A stretch of DNA of 64,000 bases from assembly GCA_037443705.1 (NCBI GenBank), contig JBBINV010000010.1, positions 1,224-65,223 on the forward strand. The letters are read 5' to 3'. Shown in pieces: positions 37,265 through 45,123 of the stretch. Position numbers and translations under genes: made by a program. Position 1 is the first letter of the stretch. Each line of letters starts with the position of its first letter. The notes under the pieces were generated by a model. It worked only from the letters and a program-made list of their open reading frames with translations, was not told where the DNA came from and searched no databases. This DNA is from Betaproteobacteria bacterium (GTDB lineage: Bacteria > Pseudomonadota > Gammaproteobacteria > Burkholderiales > SG8-39).

Positions 37265-38676
37265 CGGCAATTCCCGAGCTCACGGCGGCAGACCTCGCGC
37301 GCCGCATCCGGCGCCGCGAAGTCTCGGCGGCGGAGGCGATGACGCAGACGCTCGTCGCGATGAAGCGCGCGCACGAACGGCTGAACTGCGCGGTGCGCAT
37401 CGACGAAGAGCAGGCGCTCGCCGCGGCGCGCGCGGTGGACGCCGCTCTGGCGCGGGGGCAGGTGCTCGGACCGCTCGCTGGCGTGCCGATGGCGCACAAG
37501 GACATGTTCTACCGCGAAGGCGTGGCCTCCTCCTGCGGCTCGAAAATCGCGCGCGACCGCAAGGCCGCGACCACGGCCACGGTGTTGAAACGTCTGGACG
37601 CGGCGGGGGCGATCCAGTTCGGCGTGCTGCACATGGTCGAATTCGCCTACGGGCCGACCGGCCACAACTGGCACCTCGGCCACTGCCGCAACGCCTGGAG
37701 TCCGGAGCACATCACCGGCGGCTCTTCCAGCGGCTCGGGGACCTCGATCGCGGCGCGCGCGAACTTCGCCGCGCTCGGCTCGGACACCGGCGGTTCGATC
37801 CGGCTTCCGGCGCACTTCTGCGGCGTGACGGGCTTGAAGCCGACTTACGGGCGCGTGCCGCGCGCCGGCGCCATGCCGCTTTCGTTCTCGCTCGACACGG
37901 TGGGGCCGCTCGCGCGCACTGCCGAGGACTGCGCGCTGGTGCTCCAGGCGATCGCGGGCGCGGACGCGGCCGACCCTACCGCGAGCCGAAGGCCGGTGCC
38001 GGACTATCGGGCGGCGCTCGCGCGGCCGGTGAACGGCCTGCGGATCGGCGTGCCGCGGGCCTTCTTCTACGACAGGATCGACGCTTCGATCGAAAAGCCG
38101 GTGCGCGCGAGCCAGGAGGTGTTCCGGTCCCTCGGCTGCGAGATCGTCGAAGTGCCGATGCCCGATCTCGAGCGCTGGAACCAGGCGGCGATCGCGATCA
38201 TCACCGCGGAGGCCGCGGCGCTGCACGCGGCGTGGCTGCGCGAGCGGCCGCAGGACTATTCGGAGCAGGTGCGCGCGCGCCTGGAACTCGGCGCCGCGGT
38301 CGGCGCGGTGCAGTACGTGAACGCGCTGCGGCTTCGCGGCGAGGCGCTGCGGATCTGGAACGGGGAAGTCATGTCCAAGATCGACGCGGTGCACGCGCCG
38401 TGCGTGGCGTTTCCCACGCCCACGATCGCCGAGACCGACGTCGGCGGCGGGCCGAAGATGGCGCAGGTGATCGCGCAGGCGACGCGCCTCATGCGGCCCG
38501 CGAATTTCCTCGGACTGCCCTCGCTCGCGCTGCCCTGCGGCTTCCAGCCGAACGGGCTGCCGGTCGCGTTCCAGCTGATCGGGCGGCCGTTCGGCGAAGG
38601 GCAGCTGCTGCGGCTCGGACATGCGTATCAGATGAACACGGGCTTTCATCGGGAGGGTCCCCATGGAAAAACCTGA
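37261..38676 (+). CDS. Amidase signature enzyme (GatA/AtzE-like)
   Basis: 471 aa with 'GVPMAHKDMF', Ser-cisSer-Lys signature region 'GGSSSGSGTSIAA...GSDTGGSIRLPA'. Confidence 0.88.
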   Translation: MTAIPELTAADLARRIRRREVSAAEAMTQTLVAMKRAHERLNCAVRIDEEQALAAARAVDAALARGQVLGPLAGVPMAHKDMFYREGVASSCGSKIARDRKAATTATVLKRLDAAGAIQFGVLHMVEFAYGPTGHNWHLGHCRNAWSPEHITGGSSSGSGTSIAARANFAALGSDTGGSIRLPAHFCGVTGLKPTYGRVPRAGAMPLSFSLDTVGPLARTAEDCALVLQAIAGADAADPTASRRPVPDYRAALARPVNGLRIGVPRAFFYDRIDASIEKPVRASQEVFRSLGCEIVEVPMPDLERWNQAAIAIITAEAAALHAAWLRERPQDYSEQVRARLELGAAVGAVQYVNALRLRGEALRIWNGEVMSKIDAVHAPCVAFPTPTIAETDVGGGPKMAQVIAQATRLMRPANFLGLPSLALPCGFQPNGLPVAFQLIGRPFGEGQLLRLGHAYQMNTGFHREGPHGKT

Positions 38677-39340
38677 AGAGCCTTCGGGCGAGCGCATCCG
38701 GCAGCAGGCGAGCGAATCGGTGCGCGCCGGGATCGACATCCAGGCTCGCGTCCACGACATCACGCTCGCGGCGCTGACGGGCGGAAGATTCGACCCGAAG
38801 GCGGTGCGCGAGGTGGTGCGGGCGGTCGCCGAAGGGGTCGCGCTCGGCGCGGAGTCGAGCCGCACGGAGATGCGCCGGTCGCTTGCGGACGCGTTTCACG
38901 GCATCGACGAGGCGCTGCGCAAGTCCGCCGAAGCCGGGCAGACGGCGCTGCGCCAGCTCGTCACGACCGGCCGGGGCTTCACCGACAACGAGCTGAAGAG
39001 CGCGCTCGGAAATCTCCGGCGCATCGAGGACGACTTCATCGCCACCATGGCCCAGGTATCGGACGCGGCGAGCGCGCGCGTCCGGCCCGAGCTGCGCAAG
39101 GTGCTGGACGAGGCGCGCCGCAGCGGCACCGAGACCGGACGCCAGGTCGCGTCCACCATGGCGGAATTCGCGCAGCGCGCCTCCCTCGCCTCTATCGAGG
39201 TGACCCTCGCGGGCATCGAGACCGCGGGCGAGGTGGGGGCACGCTTCGCGCAGCTCGCGAGCGGCGTGCTCGCGGGCCTCGCCGACGCGCTGCGCAAGCC
39301 TTCTTCGGGATCCCCGGAAAAGAATCCCGGCCGGGAGTAG
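38663..39340 (+). CDS. Hypothetical alpha-helical protein
   Basis: 225-aa low-complexity helical ORF. It overlaps the amidase end by 14 nt and precedes the ABC1 kinase gene. Confidence 0.55.
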   Translation: MEKPEEPSGERIRQQASESVRAGIDIQARVHDITLAALTGGRFDPKAVREVVRAVAEGVALGAESSRTEMRRSLADAFHGIDEALRKSAEAGQTALRQLVTTGRGFTDNELKSALGNLRRIEDDFIATMAQVSDAASARVRPELRKVLDEARRSGTETGRQVASTMAEFAQRASLASIEVTLAGIETAGEVGARFAQLASGVLAGLADALRKPSSGSPEKNPGRE

Positions 39341-39343
39341 CGC

Positions 39344-41035
39344 GTGCTCCGGGAAACCCTCGGCATCATGCGCGACCTGCCGAGGCTGCGCGAGATCTCG
39401 TCGGTCTTCATCCGGCACGGCCTGGGCGACGTGGTGCAGCGCACGGGCGTGGCGGGCATCTTCGAGCGCGCGGGCGAGATCCTGCACCTGGGCGGGAGCG
39501 CGGAAGAAGCGATGCGCCTGGAGCCGGCGGCGCGCGCGCGCCTCGCGCTCGAGGAGCTGGGGCCCACCTTCGTCAAGCTCGGACAGGTGCTCGCCACGCG
39601 CGTCGACGTCTTCCCGCCGCGCTGGATCGCCGAGTTCGAGAAGCTGCACGCGGAGGTGCCGCCAGTGCCGTTCGAGGAGCTCCTGCCCGAGCTCGAGCAT
39701 GCGCTCGGGAAATCGCCCTTCGAGGTATTCCGCGGCCTCGACACGGCGGCGCACGGCTCCGCCTCGATCGCGCAGGTGCATCGCGCGAAGCTCGTGGACG
39801 GCACGCCCGTGGTGCTCAAGGTCCGGCGCCCGGGCATCGGCGCCAAGATCGCGGCGGACCTGCGCATCCTCAGGCACATCGCCGAGCTGATCGAGGCCGA
39901 GCTTCCCGAGGCGCGGCGCTACCGCCCCGCCGAGATCGCGGCGCAGTTCGCGCGGTCGCTCGCGCGCGAGCTGGATTTCACCGTGGAGGCGCGCTCGATC
40001 GAGCGCTTCGCGAAGAACTTCGCGGCGCACCCCTACATCGTCATCCCGAAGGTCTATCCGCAGTGGACGAGCGAATCGCTGCTCGTGCAGGAGCACGTGG
40101 CGGGCGTGCCCGCCTCGGACACCGCGGCGGTGGAGCGCGCGGGGCTCGACCGCAAGATCCTGGCCGCGCGCGGCGCCGAATCGGTGCTCAAGATGATCCT
40201 GCTCGACGGGTTCTTCCACGCCGATCCGCATCCCGGCAACGTTTTCTACCTGCCGGAGAACCGCATCGTCATGATCGACTTCGGCATGGTCGGGCGCCTG
40301 AGCCCGCTCAGGCGCCGCCAGGTGATCGATCTCCTGGCCGGCCTCGCGCGCCTGGAGGAGGAGCCGATGCTCGACGTGCTGCTCGACTGGGCGGGTGAGG
40401 CCTGGGTCGACGAGGCGAAGCTCTCCGAGGACGTGAACGAGCTCGTCTACGAGTACGAGGGCGTGCCGCTCAAGGACGTGCGCATCGGCGCCCTCATCCG
40501 CCAGTTCGCGGCGATCGTGCGCGAGCACTCGATCGTGCTGCCGCCGGACCTGACGCTGATGTTCAAGGCGCTGATCACCATGGAGGGCCTCGGGCGCCAG
40601 TACGACCCGGACTTCCACGTGATCGACCACCTCGCGCCGATGCTCCGGAAGGCGCTCGCCGAGCGCTACCGCCCCACGGAGCTGCTGCGCCGCGGCCGCA
40701 GCGCTCTCACCGACTTCGTGAGCGTGCTGGGGAGCGTGCCGCGCGACATGGCGCGGCTGCTGCGCGAGGCGCGCCGCGGCAAGACCCGCGTGGACCTCGA
40801 CTTGAAGCGCCTGGACGCCTTCGGGCGGCAGCTCGACCGGACGCTCGATCGCGTGACGGTCGGCATCATGACCGCCTCGCTCGTGATCGGCTCGGCGATC
40901 GTAATGACCGTCTCCGAGGGCCCCGAGCTCCTCGGCATCCCGGTGCTGACCGCGCTCGGGCTCCTCGGCTACCTGCTCGCTTTCCTGAACAGCCTCTGGA
41001 TCCTGTACGGAATCTGGCGCTCCGGCAAGGAATGA
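39344..41035 (+). CDS. ABC1/UbiB family atypical kinase
   Basis: 563 aa with 'LGPTFVKLGQVLATRVDVFPPRWIAEFEKL', 'ASIAQVHRAKL', 'FFHADPHPGNVF', and two C-terminal TM helices. GTG start. Confidence 0.9.
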   Translation: MLRETLGIMRDLPRLREISSVFIRHGLGDVVQRTGVAGIFERAGEILHLGGSAEEAMRLEPAARARLALEELGPTFVKLGQVLATRVDVFPPRWIAEFEKLHAEVPPVPFEELLPELEHALGKSPFEVFRGLDTAAHGSASIAQVHRAKLVDGTPVVLKVRRPGIGAKIAADLRILRHIAELIEAELPEARRYRPAEIAAQFARSLARELDFTVEARSIERFAKNFAAHPYIVIPKVYPQWTSESLLVQEHVAGVPASDTAAVERAGLDRKILAARGAESVLKMILLDGFFHADPHPGNVFYLPENRIVMIDFGMVGRLSPLRRRQVIDLLAGLARLEEEPMLDVLLDWAGEAWVDEAKLSEDVNELVYEYEGVPLKDVRIGALIRQFAAIVREHSIVLPPDLTLMFKALITMEGLGRQYDPDFHVIDHLAPMLRKALAERYRPTELLRRGRSALTDFVSVLGSVPRDMARLLREARRGKTRVDLDLKRLDAFGRQLDRTLDRVTVGIMTASLVIGSAIVMTVSEGPELLGIPVLTALGLLGYLLAFLNSLWILYGIWRSGKE

Positions 41036-41045
41036 GAAAAACCGG

Positions 41046-41097
41046 AAAAACCGGGACAGACCCGGTTTTTGCCGATTCCGGGTCTGTCCCGGTTTTT
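41046..41097. terminator. Bidirectional rho-independent terminator
   Basis: AAAAA-CCGGGACAGACCCGG-(12 nt)-CCGGGTCTGTCCCGG-TTTTT has 15-nt perfectly complementary arms flanked by A and T tracts. It lies between the convergent ABC1 kinase and IMPase genes. Confidence 0.8.
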
Positions 41098-41927
41098 CAC
41101 GGCCCGAGCAGCGCCGCGCGCGCGAGGCGCCAGCTCGCTTCGTCCGGCGCGCACAGCAGCCCGCCCGAGCGGTGGGTCGGTACATACTCCGAGCCGTCGA
41201 AGTGCGCGCTGTAGCCGCCCGCCTCGCGGTGGAGGAGCCACCCGGCGGCGTGGTCCCAAGGCATGAGCCGGTTGTAGAAGAGCAGATGGCACCTGCCCGA
41301 GGCCGCGAGGCGGTACTCGTGCGCGGCGCAGCGCAGCCACGTGAAGCTTCCGAGCCGCGGCAGGTTCCCGAGCACGGTGCGGCGCAGCGGCTCCGGCAGA
41401 AACCGGGTCCCCGCGATGGCTTCCATCCCGGCCACCGGCACCGCCGGCGCGACGCGCAGCCCGCTATGCGAGCCTTCTTCATCCTCGATCCACGCGCCCG
41501 AGCCTCGCAACGCATAGGCCCAGTCGTGGCAGACGGGATCGTGGATCGCGCCCGCGACGACTTCGCCGCGCACGGTGACCGCCGCCATCACGCCGAAGAG
41601 CGGAAGATGGGACGCGAAGTTCTTCGTGCCGTCCAGCGGATCCACGAGGAACGCCAGGTCCGCAGTCCCGATCGCCTCCAGCAGCGCGGGGTTCCGGTCC
41701 GCGCTCTCCTCGCCGATGATCGCCGCGCCGGGAAACGCCTCCTTCAGAGCCGTGCCGATCGCCGCCTCGGCCGCTTCGTCCGCCTCGGTGACGATGTCGA
41801 TCGCGGAGGATTTCTGCCGGATCTGCGCCGCATGGAGCTTCCGGAACCGTGGCATGATCTCCTCGCGCGCCGCCGCGGCGATGATTTGCCCGACGCGATG
41901 CAAGTCGGAAAGGGCAATTGCGGTCAT
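41097..41927 (-). CDS. Inositol monophosphatase family protein
   Basis: 276 aa from internal ATG 41927. Motifs 'IVTEADEAAE', 'FLVDPLDGTKNF' and 'WDHAAG'. Confidence 0.88.
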   Translation of the reverse strand: MTAIALSDLHRVGQIIAAAAREEIMPRFRKLHAAQIRQKSSAIDIVTEADEAAEAAIGTALKEAFPGAAIIGEESADRNPALLEAIGTADLAFLVDPLDGTKNFASHLPLFGVMAAVTVRGEVVAGAIHDPVCHDWAYALRGSGAWIEDEEGSHSGLRVAPAVPVAGMEAIAGTRFLPEPLRRTVLGNLPRLGSFTWLRCAAHEYRLAASGRCHLLFYNRLMPWDHAAGWLLHREAGGYSAHFDGSEYVPTHRSGGLLCAPDEASWRLARAALLGP

Positions 41928-42067
41928 CTCTTGCGCCGCCGCGCCGCTTTCCTGAGAGCAAGCCGCCTGAGAAGGCTGCGCGCGCGCTTCATTACCGTGG
42001 CGGCGGAGACGAGTTGACCGGCATCCGCTTCCGCCAGGCCTTCGCGGACCGCGCGCTTCCACTTCAT
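41924..42067 (-). CDS. Small ORF (47 aa), possibly the C-terminal remnant of a ParD-type antitoxin
   Basis: 'MKWKRAVREGLAEADAGQLVSAATVMKRARSLL...'. Its ATG overlaps the upstream nucleotidyltransferase TGA and its TGA overlaps the IMPase ATG (both ATGA). GC3 is high. There is no RHH N-terminal part. Confidence 0.3.
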   Translation of the reverse strand: MKWKRAVREGLAEADAGQLVSAATVMKRARSLLRRLALRKAARRRKR

Positions 42068-42837
42068 TGGCCGCCCCATGCCTCGGCGAGGCACTCCCGG
42101 AATACGACATCCAATATGGCCGGATCAGGCGATTCACCCGAGGAAAGCGCGATCGCCGACTCCTGGAGTTGCTCGAGCGTCGACTCGATGAATGCATTGA
42201 GGGCGGGCACCCGCGGTCCTTCGTCGAGCTCTTCGCCTGCACGCTTGCGTTTCAACAGATCCTCGATCGCAGGCAGGAGGTGGCGCGGCAGCTGGTCATC
42301 TACGAGCCTCGCGAACTCCATCGGTGGCATCGTGCGATGTTGCTTGATCCAGCAGCAGGCCAGCACCGGTCGGAGCACGTAGAAATACTTCTTCATCCAC
42401 ACCGTTTCGCCATGAAGGTACTCGCGATAGTTCCTTGCAGCCATGTGCAGATAGTGGCGCAGGCACGATTCCGCCGAAAAGAACACCCCTGATAGCTCCC
42501 TCAGGCGCGCGGCGAGCGACTGTCTTTCGCGATAGACGATGGGAGAGCGCAGCCATTCCAGAAGCGCCGGATTCGACTTGGCAAAGAGTTGAAGGGCCTT
42601 TCGAACGTCCCAACCGCTCGCATCGAGACCGCCGTCGATCGGGCATTCGATAACATCGCGCTGTCGCCTCACCGAGAGGTACCAGTCCCTCGGATGCGCA
42701 TAGACGAACCGGACGTCCCAGTCGGAGTCGATCGACTCAAAGCCCCAGGCGCGGCTTCCGGACTCGGCCGCGTAGAGGACGCGCACCTGTTCGGCTTTCT
42801 CGATCGCATCGAGGCGTTCTTCGATTCGCTGCCTCAT
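42064..42837 (-). CDS. Pol-beta superfamily nucleotidyltransferase (PF10127-like)
   Basis: 'VRVLYAAESGSRAWGFESIDSDWDVRFVYAHPRDWYLS' contains the GS...DxD nucleotidyltransferase motif. ATG 42837 is preferred to the track TTG 42888. Confidence 0.75.
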   Translation of the reverse strand: MRQRIEERLDAIEKAEQVRVLYAAESGSRAWGFESIDSDWDVRFVYAHPRDWYLSVRRQRDVIECPIDGGLDASGWDVRKALQLFAKSNPALLEWLRSPIVYRERQSLAARLRELSGVFFSAESCLRHYLHMAARNYREYLHGETVWMKKYFYVLRPVLACCWIKQHRTMPPMEFARLVDDQLPRHLLPAIEDLLKRKRAGEELDEGPRVPALNAFIESTLEQLQESAIALSSGESPDPAILDVVFRECLAEAWGGQ

Positions 42838-42884
42838 ACCTTGTCGCGCCGCCGCGTGTTCGGCGAGAGCGCCACGCCCGCGCC

Positions 42885-43211
42885 TCAAGCGATCCTGCCG
42901 ATGCCCAGCCAGGCGCAGACGCCTTTTTCGACGGATCCAAGCTGGTCGGATGTGAGCGCTCCGAGACGATTCATCAAACGCACCGTCGGAACCGTGACGA
43001 TGCCCTGCGCGTCGAATGCGCCGGGGCGAAGAAATCTTATTTGGAGCGCGACCTCAAAGCGTGATTGTCGAAGCGCGGTGGTGTGAGGAACGACGGTGAC
43101 CAGCGCTCGGTCCGATTCTTCGAGCGGGACGCTTAGAACCAGGCATGGCCTGACCTTTGCCGCCAGGCCGAGGTCGACCATATAGACCTCGCCGCGAAGC
43201 GGTGTCTTCAC
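42885..43211 (-). CDS. MazF/PemK family type II toxin (endoribonuclease)
   Basis: 108 aa 'RGEVYMVDLGLAAKVRPCLVLSV...VTVVPHTTALRQSRFEV' is the SH3-like PemK pattern. 4-nt overlap with the upstream small gene. Confidence 0.8.
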   Translation of the reverse strand: MKTPLRGEVYMVDLGLAAKVRPCLVLSVPLEESDRALVTVVPHTTALRQSRFEVALQIRFLRPGAFDAQGIVTVPTVRLMNRLGALTSDQLGSVEKGVCAWLGIGRIA

Positions 43212-43396
43212 CCCTTCGCCTCGCGACGGTCAAGCTCCAGAAACACTTGATCCGCCGCGCGGACGAATTCGTCGTCGGTTGGGAAGGAATACGGCAGCTC
43301 GGTCGCCCGGCGGAGGAGTTCCTCCAAGACCTCGCGCCGCTCCGCTTCGGACAGCGCCTCGAAGGACTTCAACAGGTGGCGTGCTGCGTCTCCCAT
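43208..43396 (-). CDS. Putative cognate antitoxin (small acidic helical protein)
   Basis: 62 aa 'LLKSFEALSEAERREVLEELLRR', immediately upstream of and overlapping the mazF-like gene. There is no SD, and a TAAAAT -10-like box lies 9 nt upstream of the ATG (possibly a leaderless mRNA). Confidence 0.6.
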   Translation of the reverse strand: MGDAARHLLKSFEALSEAERREVLEELLRRATELPYSFPTDDEFVRAADQVFLELDRREAKG

Positions 43397-43449
43397 GGCG
43401 GAATCATTTTACTCTCGTTCTCAATGCACATTAACGCGGATCGATCCGA

Positions 43450-44223
43450 TCACGTTGACAATCGGTTCGCGGGATCCTGCCGGTAAAACCCCCTGAAGAG
43501 ATCGTACAGCGCCGGAAACTCCCGCTTGAGCGCGTTCGGCGTCTCGAAGAACGCCTCGGACGCCACCGCGAAGAACTCGGACTCGTGCTCGGCGGCGTAG
43601 GGATCGAGGAAGGTTTCCTTCCCCGCGTCGACCTCGCGGCAGAAGCGGCCGAACTCGGCGTCGAAGACCTCGATCCACGCCTCGCGCGCGCGCTTCGAGG
43701 GCAGCGGCGGCACGCCGTCGGCCTCGCCGTCCATCATGTCGAGCTTGTGCGCGAACTCGTGGATCACGACGTTGGCGCCGCCCTCGGCGACGCGTCCCGC
43801 CTCGTCGAGCGCCTCCCACGAGAGCACCACCGGCCCGCCGGGCCAGGACTCGCCCGCGAGATCGTCGTCCCACTCGTGCACCACGCCGGCCTCGTCGGTG
43901 TCGCGGCGGCGCACGCGGAAATCGGCGGGGTGAACGACGATCCCGACCCAGCCGTCGTAGGCGTCGATGCCGAGCTCGAGCACCGGCAGGCAGGCCTGCA
44001 GCGCGATCGAGAGCCGGTCGTCTTCCGAGAGGCGCGTTCCTCTCACCGGCGTGAATTCCTTTTCGGCGAGAAACACGAGCGCGTATTGCTTCAGCCGCTG
44101 CTCCTGCGCGGCCGCGAGCCCGGCGAGGAAGGGCAGGCGGGCGCGCACGCGCCGCCATTGCGCGTCGTCCACCCGGTGGCGCGCGAGCAGGCGCCGGCGC
44201 CGCCAGCGGCGAAGCATGCTCAC
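43450..44223 (-). CDS. mtfA: Zinc-dependent peptidase MtfA (Mlc titration factor A, M90)
   Basis: 257 aa with 'NVVIHEFAHKLD' HExxH motif and 'EFFAVASEAFF'. GTG start. Confidence 0.88.
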   Translation of the reverse strand: MSMLRRWRRRRLLARHRVDDAQWRRVRARLPFLAGLAAAQEQRLKQYALVFLAEKEFTPVRGTRLSEDDRLSIALQACLPVLELGIDAYDGWVGIVVHPADFRVRRRDTDEAGVVHEWDDDLAGESWPGGPVVLSWEALDEAGRVAEGGANVVIHEFAHKLDMMDGEADGVPPLPSKRAREAWIEVFDAEFGRFCREVDAGKETFLDPYAAEHESEFFAVASEAFFETPNALKREFPALYDLFRGFYRQDPANRLST

Positions 44224-44224
44224 G

Positions 44225-45106
44225 CTAGCGCCTTCCGTGCGACACGAGGAACACGCCCGCGAAGATGAGCGCGATCCCCGCCGCGTGGTGGAGCTGCAGC
44301 CGCTCCCCGAGGAACAGGATCGCCATGGCGCTTCCGGCGAGCGGAATGAGGTGCAGGTACGCGCCCGCGGTCGCGGCGCCCACTTCCTCCACGCCCCGGT
44401 TCCACATCACGTAGCAGAGCACCGACGGAAAGGCGGCGAGGTAAAGAATGCCCGCGATCGCGCCTGCATTCGGCTCGATGCGCCCGCCCGCGGCGAATTC
44501 GAGCGCGTAGGCCGGCAGCCCGGTCACCATGCCGCCGAGCATGACGGCGAGCATGAACGCGAGCGGATGAAGCCCCTGCGGTTTCCAGCGCAGGCACGCC
44601 GTGTAGACCGACCAGAGCAGCACGTTCGCGAGCAGCCACAGGTCCCCGGGCGCGATCTCGAGCGCGGCGAGGGCGCGCGCATCGAGCCGCGAGACGATCG
44701 CGAGCACGCCGGCGAAGGACACCGCGAGCCCCGCCGCGGTGCGGCCGCCGATGCGCTCGCGAAAGAGCAGCCACGCCACGAGCGGGATCACCCCCGGCGT
44801 CACCGACTGGAGGAGCACGGCATTGGTCGCGGTGGTGCGCTCGATGCCGACGTAGCCGATCGAGTTGTACAGCACCGTGCCGCAGGTGCCGAAAAAGAGG
44901 ACCGGCTGCCATTGCGAGCGGATCCTTTCCCAGTCGGATCGAAAGGGCCTCCATGCGAAAGGCAACAGGATTGCGATGGCGGCGGCCCAGCGCCAGAACG
45001 CCATCCCCACCGGCGTGACGTAGGGAACGACCGCGCGCGCGACGATCCAGTGCGCCGCCCAGAACAGCGCGGTCGCCGCGAGCAGCGCATGGGGATTCGC
45101 CTTCAC
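44225..45106 (-). CDS. EamA/DMT family transporter
   Basis: 293 aa with 10 predicted TM segments and two EamA halves. Confidence 0.85.
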   Translation of the reverse strand: MKANPHALLAATALFWAAHWIVARAVVPYVTPVGMAFWRWAAAIAILLPFAWRPFRSDWERIRSQWQPVLFFGTCGTVLYNSIGYVGIERTTATNAVLLQSVTPGVIPLVAWLLFRERIGGRTAAGLAVSFAGVLAIVSRLDARALAALEIAPGDLWLLANVLLWSVYTACLRWKPQGLHPLAFMLAVMLGGMVTGLPAYALEFAAGGRIEPNAGAIAGILYLAAFPSVLCYVMWNRGVEEVGAATAGAYLHLIPLAGSAMAILFLGERLQLHHAAGIALIFAGVFLVSHGRR

Positions 45107-45123
45107 GGCCGCTACAATAGCGC

